From: Octopus sinensis
Taxonomy: Eukaryota
Assembly (NCBI RefSeq): GCF_006345805.1
Contig: NC_042999.1
Coordinates: 7,378,001-7,442,000, forward strand
Direction of reading: 5' to 3'
DNA length: 64,000 nt
Shown piece after piece: positions 39,210 to 51,490 of the stretch; position 1 is the first letter of the stretch; each line of letters opens with the position of its first letter. The translations under genes and the position numbers were made by a program. The notes under the pieces were generated by a model that worked only from the letters and a program-made list of their open reading frames with translations, was not told the DNA's origin and ran no database searches.

Positions 39210-39699
39210 GTATACACATGCACATCACGACAGTTTGTGTGTCTGTCTCTTATTTTTCTTTCTTTCTCTCCTCTTCTCTCTCCCTTTCTGCGCGCCCACA
39301 CTCATATATGTATATCTAATAGTTTTGTAGAAACCAAAACTACATGTGGTAGTTAATGTCTGCTCTAATTCCATTGTCCATGTTTGCTACAGAACCTACA
39401 GCATTCGCCATTATTGCTTCATTCTGAAGACGAGAGAATGCAGTTCAAGAAGCACAGGTGATTGATTTTGGAATTTTTACCGTTCTATATTTTCATATTT
39501 CCGCGTGATTTCTGCGATGGTTGTTTGCAGTTTTTACTGTTCCACAGAATCTGTGTGAAAATAATAAGAACATTGATAAAAAAGGGATAAGATAAATGGT
39601 AGACGTGTATTAAAAAAACTGAAAGGAAATCGTGTTATCCATGTGTACAAACATACATGTATGTATATACATATATATATATATATATTATTATATATA

Positions 39700-41510
39700 T
39701 AGAAAAACTCATAGAATTCCAGAAAATTTTAAACGGACTGGACGTAAACATCCAATTCACGATGGAATATAGCCACAACAACTCCCCTTCCTCGATATCT
39801 TCATTAAGAAGCTAATAATATAATAGAAACAGACATATACTATAAGCCTACAGACTCTAAGCAATATCTTCCATTCAATTCATGCCACCCCAGACACACC
39901 AGGATGAATATCCCCTCAATCTAGCAAAAAGGATATGCACTATAGTCTCTAACGCAAACCCCAGAGACAACGACTACACAAGAACTAAAGATAACCCTAA
40001 TCACCAGGAACTATCCACTTCACTTATTGACAATGCATTCAACGTGCCCTTCAACTTAACATCAAGGAACTGAGACATCCCAAATCAAAGAAAACTTACA
40101 ACCAAAAGCCTTACCATACATCTCCACACACAACCCTCTCAATAACGAAGCCTTCGACACCATCCTCCACAACATACCTCCTAAAAAAAGACCACAGAAT
40201 GAACACCAATCCTCCAAACACACACGATCATAAAAAGCAAAAGACAGCCTAGATCCATGAAAAGTCTCCTTACACAGCCCGAATTCACTCTTCAACACAG
40301 AAGCCGACAGTAAAAAATGTGAAGACCCATTGCGGGATATGCGACTATCTAATCGAGGTTCTGAGTTTTCCCTTCAAACAGGGACAACGTTTTACAGTGA
40401 AAAGCAACTTCACATGTGCTTCGGAGAACCTAATATACTCACTAACCTGCTCCGGGTGTCAAGAGCAGTACATAGGCCAAACAAAAAATGGTTTGCGTAA
40501 ACGAATGGCCCTGCACAGATCCCAGATAAAAATTCCCAAAAAGAAAAATAGCTTTTAGCCAACACATAGATACTTGCGCCAACAAAAAAACACCAAACTT
40601 CAGAATTTTCCCCCTCTACCAATTTAGGGACGATACAACCTCGAGACAACGAATAAGTAGGAAAATCTCTTTATTACAAAATACAAGCCACTTTAACGGG
40701 TCTACGACAAACAATTAATATACCTCAACTTTAGAATAAAAGAAAAAAATATATATACACACACAAATAATACACTCAATAGAATCCATACTAATCAGCC
40801 CCTTCATAGCTATATTTACATTCATATTCTCCCTTCTCTGTTTTTCTTCTTCTTCTTCTTCCTCTTCTTCTTCATCATCATCGTTATCATCATCATCGGC
40901 ATCATCATCATCGCCACCATCATCACCACCATCTTCTCCTTCTCCTCCTTCTTCTTTTTCTTCTTCATCATCATCGTTATCATCATCATCGTCGTCATAA
41001 TCATCACCACCATCACATCATCGTCATCTTCTCCTTCTCCTTCTCCTTCTTCTCTTCTTTTCTTCTTCTTCTCTACACCCCTACCCTTAAGTTTGTCACT
41101 ATGTTTTTTAGTATAACACCTACGCTAATTCTATAAAGAAGCCTGTCAATATAAATATTCTCCTGAATTGAACTGAGACTGCCAGCCGCCACTGACCATT
41201 CAAAATACGACCATCAGGGCACTCCCAGATTCTCCACCCCCTTTTCTCACCAGCCTTCTCTCTCTACTACCCTACCAAGAGCTCACAACTACCTCGAACA
41301 CACAAGTGCAAACAAGGGAGTCAGAGAAGGCAGAATGCCACTTAAATCTGAACACTACTATAGAAATATTCTTTTAAAAAAACTTTTCTTCTAATTTTTC
41401 TAAATTAATTATTTAATCGTTACAGTTGAAAAGGTCTCAAAATGACCGAAACCGGTACTGAAATGTTCACTATAAAATTATTTAGCATTTTCTATTTTTA
41501 CTTGTTTTTT
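39700..41510 (+). mobile_element. 5'-truncated Penelope-like element (RT C-terminus, GIY-YIG, simple-repeat 3' UTR, ribozyme-bearing terminus)
   Basis: LNGLDVNIQFTMEY..LPFLDI..IETDIYYKPTDSKQYLPFNSCHPRHT (RT palm/thumb, frameshifted) and CGICDYL...FTCASENLIYSLTCSGCQEQYIGQTKNGLRKRMALH (GIY-YIG). Flanked by TA runs. Confidence 0.92.
41423..41460 (+). ncRNA. minimal hammerhead motif, U3-A8 core variant
   Basis: CAG-TTGAAAA-GGTC(TCAAAAT)GACC-GAAA-CCGG-TA-CTG. Confidence 0.65.
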
Positions 41511-41511
41511 C

Positions 41512-41548
<37 letters not shown>

Positions 41549-41553
41549 GTTAT

Positions 41554-41598
<45 letters not shown>

Positions 41599-42105
41599 GA
41601 TGTGTATATGTATATATATATATATCCACACACTCACACAACACACACAACAGACACACAGACACACACACACACGCGCGCATATATATATGTAGGTACA
41701 TGCGTGTCTGTGTGTTTTTATGTATATATGTTTACATATATATCATACATATCTTACATCTATTTTCTTTCCTCCACCTCACTCTCTATTTTGTATCACA
41801 TCGAAAGTAACTATGACTTAATTTTTCCTCTCACACCGTCTCCGATGAAGGGAGATTATTATTAATTAATATTCTAGAAACAGCTGTAAGACCTTCTATC
41901 TATAAACGTTCTAATATCTATACAGCTTTGGTTTTTTATCTTATTAGGCAAAAAATTCTTATATGCACATGCTGACATAGAACCAACGTTGAACCCTTTA
42001 TTCACAATATTACCGAATCTGGAACTTAACTATGGTTTGTCTATAGCACTTGTTCAGTATTACCTGACACCTTTGGGTCTCAATGACACCAATACCTCTT
42101 ATATG

Positions 42106-42159
<54 letters not shown>

Positions 42160-42235
42160 CATATACATATGTCTATATCTGTGTGTATGTGCGTATGTGT
42201 ATTTATATATACTTGTATATGTAGGTATATGTAGG

Positions 42236-42267
<32 letters not shown>

Positions 42268-43734
42268 ATTATATATATATAAATATACCCGAGTTGCAGT
42301 ACTAAATTAAACACGCAGGCAACACATCATGACTGCTGAAACGGACGGTACGCTCAAATAATTTGGGCAGTAAAGCGTACATAAACGTGACATCTCTATA
42401 AAACAAAGTAACACGTGACTGTTGAGGTGGAAGACTAATGGGTAAACATTTTGGCCGTTAAAAGCCACGTCAATTCGACTGCTATGAAAGTGGTGATACT
42501 GACATTTCTCATATCCTTATGAGGAAACTGCGAAGCTATAGAGACTCTGGATGTAGAAAAAATACTCTGCTAAACAAGCAGTAAAATATCTTCTACAGAA
42601 ATACGAAAACTATTTCCTGAATAAACAGAAAACCGGAATATAATCCACAACCACCAGTCTTTGTTGTTCTTTAGGAGCGTCTGTAGCACAATGACCATGA
42701 GAATTATGCATTTATGCATGCGCAGTGCAAGCTCCTCGATGGCCTTCCATGCTGGTCACGTCAAAGTCTAATATTTTCTACATTCTTTTCATAGTTAAAA
42801 AATCGTTTTGTATCGGGTTAACACTACTACCTAGAAAAAAAGAGGGTGTCGAAACATCAATAACAATTCAAAAGCAAAACTACTAGGGCGTGGAAGGCTT
42901 TCCCTCCGGAAACTATATGTCTACAAGATACAGGGAAGATACGAGGATGTCATGAAATAGCAGGAGGGCAGAAAGAAAGTAGAACCGGCTGATGAGAAGC
43001 AAAAACGCAGCCCAAAGTCGAGGGCAATGGAGACAAAAACGTTGATGGCTTATAATATTTAGAGAATGAAGGATTTAAAAAGAATGAAGATAATTGACCC
43101 TTGCGAAGAATTATGAACATACCGTTCAGGACAACTTCAGAGATTTCACAATCTAACTAAACCACTGCCTGAATGCAGTGGAACTCTTCACTAGATTGAA
43201 ATCATAATAGGTCAGTTTGCACGCATTTCTGTTAATAATTGATTTCAAATTTCAATGTACTACCATATGCCATTTTACCCCCAAAGACTACAAGAACGCT
43301 ATAGACAATTTTTGATCTTCTTCTTTAATAGCAGAGTATTTAGTTCCAATTTTCGCACACACAGATCACACATCTTATTCCTGTCTCAGACACAAACTTC
43401 CCTTAAGCTGGTGTCCGTGCTTAAGCAAGTATTGCACTTCTTGTCACACATCTGCTCCTGTTTGGAGGCTTCGCTAAGTCGAATGTTTTCGGAAATTATC
43501 CATTGACCTTCCACATGACTTTTCTCCTGTAAAGTCTGTCGACATATAATCAGCAATGCTGGATTATCTCCACAAAACATAAACTCCCTATGTAATAACA
43601 TCGAATATATTCATCTCATCAGGCAATGAACCAAGTGTCGGTGTACGCTTGTTCGAGAAATGACAACATTTCCAAAATTGGAAATGTTCGAAAGGTCAGC
43701 TCAGGGACTGAGTAATAATCCTTTCTACCGATGG

Positions 43735-43885
43735 CACAAGGTCTGAAATTTTGGGATATGGTCGCTAGTCAATTACAACAATTGGTAGTTATTTCATCAA
43801 CCCTGAACTGACCTCGCAAGAATTTGAACTCAGAACCTAAGGACGGACAAAACGCCACTAACGATTCTGCCAGTTCGTTGCCTTA
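43735..43885 (-). mobile_element. degenerate SINE family A2
   Basis: GAATTTGAACTCAGAAC...CTAACGATTCTGCCAGTTCG. Confidence 0.6.
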
Positions 43886-43901
43886 GAACTAGGAGTAATA
43901 A

Positions 43902-44119
43902 TTATTTATATTATTTACAATTGACGGATTTTTGTCCTCACCTTGTTTGTAGTTAACACAACGTTTCGGCTGTTATAGCCACCAGCCTTCATCAGGTTTC
44001 TTGGAGGGTATATCAGCCGAAACGTTGTGCTAACAACAAACAAGACGTGGACAAATATCCGTCAAATGTAAATAATGTAAATAATGCACATAGTTCCTCA
44101 TCTCTTAAATGTAGAAATG
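43902..44119. mobile_element. 218 bp palindromic PLE-terminus-derived insertion with 12 bp TSD and hammerhead motif
   Basis: Inverted arms at about 43910-43980 and 44005-44076. TSD TAGGAGTAATAA at 43890-43901 and 44120-44131. Minus strand reads CTGATGA-A-GGCTG..CAGCC-GAAA-CG-TT (43995-43960). Confidence 0.75.
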
Positions 44120-46024
44120 TAGGAGTAATAACATCAATAATTAGTTTACAAACTGATATATGGTTATGCGTCATTAAGGGAGCATTTAGATAATAAATTT
44201 AACTGGTACTGATGTTGGTTAGCGAATGAGCAGCAAAGTCGATCCTATATATCATTGTTCTAATATTCTCCTTTCAAATGATTTATTATCATTTTTTTTT
44301 ATTTATTGATCAGTGATCAACAAACTTTAAGACAAGTGGATAAAATATTCAAAACGAAAAGAATATCCTTGTTTTTGTCACAGAATCGTCGTAAGAAAAA
44401 TTTCATTGGAATTTTCTACATTCAGTTGAGGAATAGACGTTCTATAACCTGTAGTCTGTTTTTGTAAAATAATCTTTCTTTCTTTTTTAAACTTAACCTT
44501 TCAAATAAATATTACAAGAGAAAAGTGCGATGTACATGTTTAATTCAGTAAGCATGTTATGGAAAACTAATGGAAAATATACTCTTATCAGATTTAGAGT
44601 TATAATGAAATAAAATAAGGATAAAATGCAGATAACAATACGTATATTCATGGTGTATAATATCTTAATATCAGGAATAAAATAATGCATTTTTCATTTG
44701 ATCTTTGAAACAAACCATCAAAGTTTGTAGGTTGAAACATGGTTATGAGGAGAAGGAAAAAAAAACGAAACGAAACGAAAGTAATCAGGAAGATTTATTG
44801 GAGTATTCCTTCAGTTGAAATTGGGTAAATATAAATCACCAATAATTTTTTAATAGGATGAGTTAAGCACGCAGCGAATCAAAGTGACTATTATCTCAAA
44901 AATATAAAACACGAAGAAAATGAAAGGATAAAAATGTTATGAAAGACAGTAAATATTTTTCCATGAAAATAATCGGAATTTTCAAACCAAATCCACAAAT
45001 AAATAAAGGTTTTGTTCGATTATTTCACCTTTTGTAATCTATGTTCATTCATTAATTCAAACAATGTCAAAGAAAATTAGAATGTCATGTATCTTTTAGG
45101 GTGAATCGCTAGAAAAATAATAGAACAGCCATTAATATAAATAGGAGATGGGATGGTAGTAGTTAAAGTAAATAGAGATTAGACTAACAGCAGCAGAAGC
45201 AATCAGGTTGCTATTATTAAAGTTGATGTATGGCCGAGAAGAATGGTAGAATCTGATACGTGGTAACAAGTTCTGCTATCTTCATTTTACTTTCATATTA
45301 GAAATCAATGCAACTACAACAAATTAAGTAATAACTTGTGTGCCAGGGTATTGTTAACTATCGATTTCTTTTCGAGATGTCGATTTAAAGTTTGCTTTCT
45401 TTGTCATATGCTAAGAAATATGAATAAATTCTTATCGTTTTCTTTCAAATTATGGTATTATTTTCAAACAGACTCTCTTGTACAACTCTTTCTTCCCGGA
45501 GATATATGAACTTTACGAAACTATATAAATAGTGGAGAAGCAATTCGCTTCTGGGCATCAGGTTTCAATCTTAAATCAAGCACAAAAGACATTTCCTCTT
45601 TTCAATAATTGAAGCCGTTTCCTTTCTAAAAATTCTACACAGGAAAGTAAGAAGAATCAGTCATAGACCAGAGCATGTACCATTCTGACTACAGCATCTT
45701 TAGAATCTTCTGGAGAATATACAATCTATTATTTATTTACTTATTTCCTTATTCTGCACTATACAAGATCCGGAATACAGGATTAGACTGGAGAAAACAT
45801 TGAAAAATACTTTGACTTCCGCCAGTTAATACATGTACTCTTTATCAAATCTGTTCGTTCAGCTCTATGCTGTGCACCAATAGATACTATGGTGTTTGCA
45901 TTTCGGTAAAGTATGGTGCTATTTGAAATTACAGGAAAACTGTCTTGAGTTAACTAATAAATTAATATACATACTTGAATACATACATACATACACACAC
46001 ACACAAATATATATATATATATAG

Positions 46025-46366
46025 GAAGAAGAGACACCCTTCGGTCACGGCACTGACCATGGGATTGCACCTAGAAAGTTACCCTCCCAGGCACAAGTCC
46101 GGGCAGGGTTGTTTGTGGAGGGCCAGCAGTAGCCCATGCATACCAGCCTTCCCTCGCCATGGCACCGAGGTTATCGAAGGGAAAGGCAAAGGGGCCGATA
46201 AAGCTTGGTACCAGTGATGTTGCAACTCATTTCTACGGCTGAGTGAACAGGAGAAACGTGAAATAAAGTATCTTGCTCAAGAACGCAACACGCAGCCCGG
46301 TCCGGCAATCGAACTCACAACCTCACGATCGTAAGCTCGACGCTCTAATCCCTAAGCCATGCGCCT
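46025..46366 (-). mobile_element. SINE family C
   Basis: Reverse complement of 9755-10100 along its whole length. Confidence 0.85.
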
Positions 46367-46369
46367 TGA

Positions 46370-46431
<62 letters not shown>

Positions 46432-46505
46432 CTATCTATCTATCTATCTATCTATCTGTCTATCTCTATCAATCTATCTATCTATCTATCTGTCTATCTC
46501 TATCA

Positions 46506-46588
<83 letters not shown>

Positions 46589-46601
46589 GATATATAATAT
46601 G

Positions 46602-46632
<31 letters not shown>

Positions 46633-46657
46633 TGTGTGTGTGTGTGTGTGAGTATAT

Positions 46658-46688
<31 letters not shown>

Positions 46689-47448
46689 GTATATGTGTTT
46701 ATTTGTATGCATCTCGTAACGATTTTATAAATGCTTACTTTATAAGTATGTCTACTGCGCACGCGTACAAGTGTCTGTCTGTATGTATGTGTCGTATAAG
46801 CTTGAACATCCATACCATTCTTCCTCACATATTAAACTCATCTCCGTTTCTGAACACGTACTTCATATAAACTGAGGGCAACTAATATTCACCGTTAAAT
46901 TGTCATAAATTATCTTGAGTTATATTATGTAAAATACACATAGCAAAATATACAAACCTCCATCGCAACTGTTAACGTTATGATTATCTATAAGAAACAC
47001 CGAAATTATGTAGTAAAGTCTACAGAAAAAGATGGTAAAATGTAAACACAAATTGATTCAGTGGTCTTTCCAATATACAATTTAAATTTAACTCAAATCT
47101 TGTGTCTCCGAGGTCTGAATGTTTATGAACCAGTGAATAAATACATATTTAAAACAGCTCAGAATTAAGCAATGCGATGCCATATCTAAGCGTAGTTGCG
47201 TGTCAGAGTGATTTTGTGTTGGGCAAATTTGAACCACAATTCTACCGGCCGCTGATACAACGATGCAATCGAAGTCATCCACTGAAGGCTACATCACTTT
47301 TATCAATGCAGATGATAAGGCAGAGACAAATTACACATATTGGCTGACAATTTTTCTAACGATAACAAGCATTTGCTGTTATGTGTGCGTATGTATGTAT
47401 ATATATATATATTATATATATATATATTATATATATTATATATATAAT

Positions 47449-47486
<38 letters not shown>

Positions 47487-47591
47487 GTGGGAATTTACAA
47501 AAGAACGAAGAACAAACCCAAAAAATACAACAACGCGAGGACGTGTTACATGTAAAGTGTTAGGAGACGCTCAGGGAAGGAAATAAAGGTG

Positions 47592-47626
47592 GCTTTACGT
47601 TTCGAGCAAAGCTCTTCTTCAGAAAC
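47592..47626 (-). ncRNA. minimal type I hammerhead ribozyme motif in a PLE-type terminal fragment (about 47485-47660)
   Basis: GTTT-CTGAAGA-A-GAGC(TTT)GCTC-GAAA-CG-TA-AAGC: intact core with one extra A before stem II, and a 4 bp stem I including one G-U. Confidence 0.7.
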
Positions 47627-47676
47627 AGAGGAAAGTCCATTAGAAAAGGAAGGATTCACATGTGGTTACATTTATA

Positions 47677-47711
<35 letters not shown>

Positions 47712-47929
47712 TCACATACACACACAAACATGCACACATGTGTATATATATATATACGTATATATATATATATAGTAGACTCATCCGTCGAAAACGACAA
47801 ATGAACGTTCAGATTTTGACAAACTACCTGCACAAACAGTTTGTATCTAGTGTTCGTGCCTCACATTAGCTCAATCCCTCCATCAAATCAACGTTGCCTG
47901 AACAGGTGAGCGATATACCACGCGTCAGG

Positions 47930-48062
47930 TGTCGAAGTGATCGGAGAGCAACGTGAGATGATGTGTTTTGCTCAAGAGCACAGCACAAATCCCGTTCTAA
48001 GAATTGAAACCACGATCGCGCGATCTCAAGTTCAACTCCCTAACCACCAGGCCATGTGCCCC
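47930..48062 (-). mobile_element. SINE head fragment (family C-like)
   Basis: Reverse complement GGCACATGGCCTGGTGGTTAGGG...GGTTTCAATTC...CTTGAGCAAAACAC. Confidence 0.65.
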
Positions 48063-48087
48063 ACTATATATATATATATATAATATA

Positions 48088-48133
<46 letters not shown>

Positions 48134-49519
48134 TATATTATATATATATATATATATACACACACATATATATATATATATACACACATATATATATATA
48201 TATACACACACATATTATATATATATATATATATATATACATATATCCATATATATGTACTGACGCACACACATATATATATAATACTCATACACACACA
48301 ATATACATGTGCATAAATATACATATATATACATATATATACATACATTTTCTAATTGAAATTGTTTCGAATACACAGAGCCTCCATTAAAACCTCCTCA
48401 TACACATAATTACGTACGTCTCTACAAACATATATCCGTACACAAATACGTAGACATCAAAGGTTTTAATCGAATTTTGTTCAATATAAACGAAATGAAT
48501 GCTTTTACTTTGAAATGAAAGTAAAATGAAATTTGTTTAATCAATGTAATAATACGTCTGAATTGTCGTAATGCAATTTAAATAGTTTCTTTATAAACAC
48601 GGTTGTGTTCCATATGAAATCGTTGAAGTTCTTTCTGGTTTAACAATATAAATTATTAAAGATGCCACCAAAATTTCGATGTTATACCAAGATATTCTTT
48701 TAGTTAAAGAATATTATATAACGTTTATCATTTATGAAAATAGTATTGCGTTGCTGAAGAGACACTCTTTTGGATTCGTTTTGCATCATATTCTTGGAAA
48801 TAATATCTATAAGTACTCCACCGACCTTTCTGAGAAATTGTCTCTTGTTAGTTACGTTTTGTATTTTCAGTCGGAAGCTTCGCACGCACGCACACACGCA
48901 CGCATATAGGGAATGCACACATACATGTTCGCCATACACACACACACACACACACTCACACACATACACACACACACACTCACACACACACACACTCACA
49001 CACACTCACACACACACACTCACACACACACACACTCACAATCATACACACACACTCATACACACGCACTCACACACACACTCACACACATTCACACACA
49101 CTCACACACACACTCCACACACACACACTCACAATCATACACACACACTCATACACACGCACTCACACACACACTCACACACATTCACACACACTCACAC
49201 ACACACTCACACACAATCATACTTACATACACACACACACACTCACATACACACACACACACTCACTCACACACACACTCACACACACACTCACACACAT
49301 TCACACACACTCACACACACACACTCACACACACACACTTACACACACACACATACACACACACGCGCACGCACTCAGTAATGGGTTTCAATTGGCTCTT
49401 GTAAGTTTGGTTCCAAACTTTGACACACAGTTATAGTCGCAAGCGTTGCTGTGTGGTAAGGAGCTTGCATCCCGAAATTTTGTCGGACGTGGTTTTTTCG
49501 CCGCTGGTAAGCATTTTTG

Positions 49520-49753
49520 TTAAGGCGGCAAGCTGGCAGAACCGTTAGCACGCCGGGCGAAATGCTTAGCGGTATTTCGTCTGCGTTACGTTGTGAGTTC
49601 AAATTCCGCCGAGGTCGACTTTGCCTTTCATCCTTTCGGGGTCGATAAATTAAGTACCAGTTACGCACTGGAGTCTATATAATCGACTTAATCCGTTTAT
49701 CTGTCCTTGTTTGTCCCCTCTGTGTTTAGCCCCTTGTGGGTAATAAAGAAATA
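49520..49753 (+). mobile_element. SINE family A inserted in the Tx1 5' UTR
   Basis: Full family A sequence with TSD GGTAAGCATTTTTG at 49506-49519 and 49754-49767. Confidence 0.92.
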
Positions 49754-50149
49754 GGTAAGCATTTTTGCTGTTGTTGTTGCAAACGCTGGATTACCGTTTG
49801 GGATTGTTATTGTTATTTGTTGCAAGTTGAAATTTATTGTTGAACATTATTTCCCGGTTTTACCCGGGAAACACCCTAAAGGAGAAGGAATTGTTGACCA
49901 GTATTTGTTGGCCATTGTAGCATTCTTATGAACGCTGTTTTGTCAAAAATGTGTATAGCCTTTATGGACTAATTTCTTGCGCCCCTCCCCCTGACGGGCG
50001 TGGGATTTGAACCTTGTTAATGAACTGCTGCCCTCTTCAAGAGGAAAAAAAGTTTTATTTCCCATTTTTGTGGGAAACTATTTAATTTGTGTAATTTACT
50101 TGTCCGAAGAATGTCGGTTATACACGATAGGTGTACTCTCGTAGAGAGA

Positions 50150-51194
50150 AAGCAAGAAAATGTGAAAAGGTTTTCGGTGGTCGCCGCGGTGGCAACCGAA
50201 AATATCGACATTCCTGTCGATCAGCTGGAAGGATTATTTAAAAGAATGAAAGAGGAGGACGATGGCGTTGAAATATCACCCTCCTCCAGTGTGGTCGACA
50301 CAGAAAAACGGACGGTAGTGTTCAAATCCTTCTTCCCACAAAACAGAAGGTTTAAATACTTCGAGAAAGAGAAAATTGAAAAATGCCTGTACGCGATTTG
50401 GAAAGACGTAACCTATATTGCAAGGAGACGGGCATACGCTACAGTTGAGGTTTGTTTTTGCTAGTGAAGAGGTGGCCCGCGGGCATTCCGTGTATCCCCT
50501 GAAGACAAAGGAAGTGGTACTTCTACCAACATACATGGGTAGCCGGATTTTCCGTGTGAAGGTGACAGAAATACCACCAGAGGTTGAACCGAAGGAGGGC
50601 GTGGCCGCCCTGTTGTTTAACAGGACGGACCGTATAAAATTCTTGCCTCCCAGAATTGGCCCGGGCGGAACATTACGACTATTGTACAGGGGACGCAGCA
50701 AGACCTTCAGGAGCTTTCTGAAAGGTTCTCGTGGGCGCATTCGCGTAGACTGCGAAACAAGGAAACAAAAAGAAAAGGAAATGATGGAAAAAATGGCGCA
50801 GATACCAGAAAGTCCCAAAATAGTTCCCAAAACTACACACATACTAGAAAACACCAAAATAGTCCCCAAAACTATGCATATACCAGATCCCACACTACTA
50901 AAATTTCCCACTCTCCCAACTGCAGTGCCGGCCCCTAAACATAACCCCACAAAAACCCAATCACTGCATACACAAACCCCGACACAAGTAAAAATACCCA
51001 CCCCCTTGTTGGCGCCTGATGGAAAAAGTACAGCTCCCTCGGACGACACAATGGAGGTGGTCGAAGGGGAGTGCGCAGTAGTTCGTAAACGAATTCATAC
51101 ACCGTCCCCATCCATTTCCCCACGAAAACAAACGAGAACACAGCCAATTACAAAAAAAGCCGCCCCTTGGCCCCCGAAAAAAGAAAAAATATGA
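50150..51194 (+). pseudogene. Tx1-like ORF1 (frameshifted), with P/T-rich duplicated segment
   Basis: RTVVFKSFF...LYAIWKDVTYI / RFVFASEEVA...LLPTYMGSRIFRVKVTEIPPEV. PKIVPKT occurs twice at about 50815-50884. Confidence 0.65.
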
Positions 51195-51490
51195 CTGTTA
51201 CATTAAGGTATTGGTGGAATTTGACACCGGAGACAAATACACAGACGAAATAATTGTGAACCACCACACCGCCAAGCTTTTCTTGAAGCCCAAGGACTTT
51301 CCGAGGAGGTATACCTAGATAGGGGAAACCTTATTCAAGCAGTTCAAGGAAAGACAACCGACGGCTATCGGAATAATTGGGAATCTTCCGAAGTATTTGA
51401 AAAAGGAGAAGGAAGGGGCTGCCTCACGTGTGGTGAGGTCAGCACCAACGTCGACCGTGAAGGGTAAATAGAACTTCTTCTTTTTAAGTT

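Noticed and set aside
43280-43601. Cys-rich minus-strand ORF with internal TGA (selenocysteine or zinc finger idea)
   Set aside because: No recognisable fold or SECIS, and no good donor. Another frame weakly resembles a DDE transposase remnant, so it is left unassigned.
47088-47460. Overlapping 60-aa ORFs on both strands
   Set aside because: Both strands give equally plausible peptides, with no homology or decisive splice signals.
49965-50050. HDV-like ribozyme in the Tx1 5' UTR (CGCCC-CTCCCCCTGAC-GGGCG)
   Set aside because: The loop is too long, and I could not assemble P1, P1.1 or a J4/2 catalytic C with following adenines.
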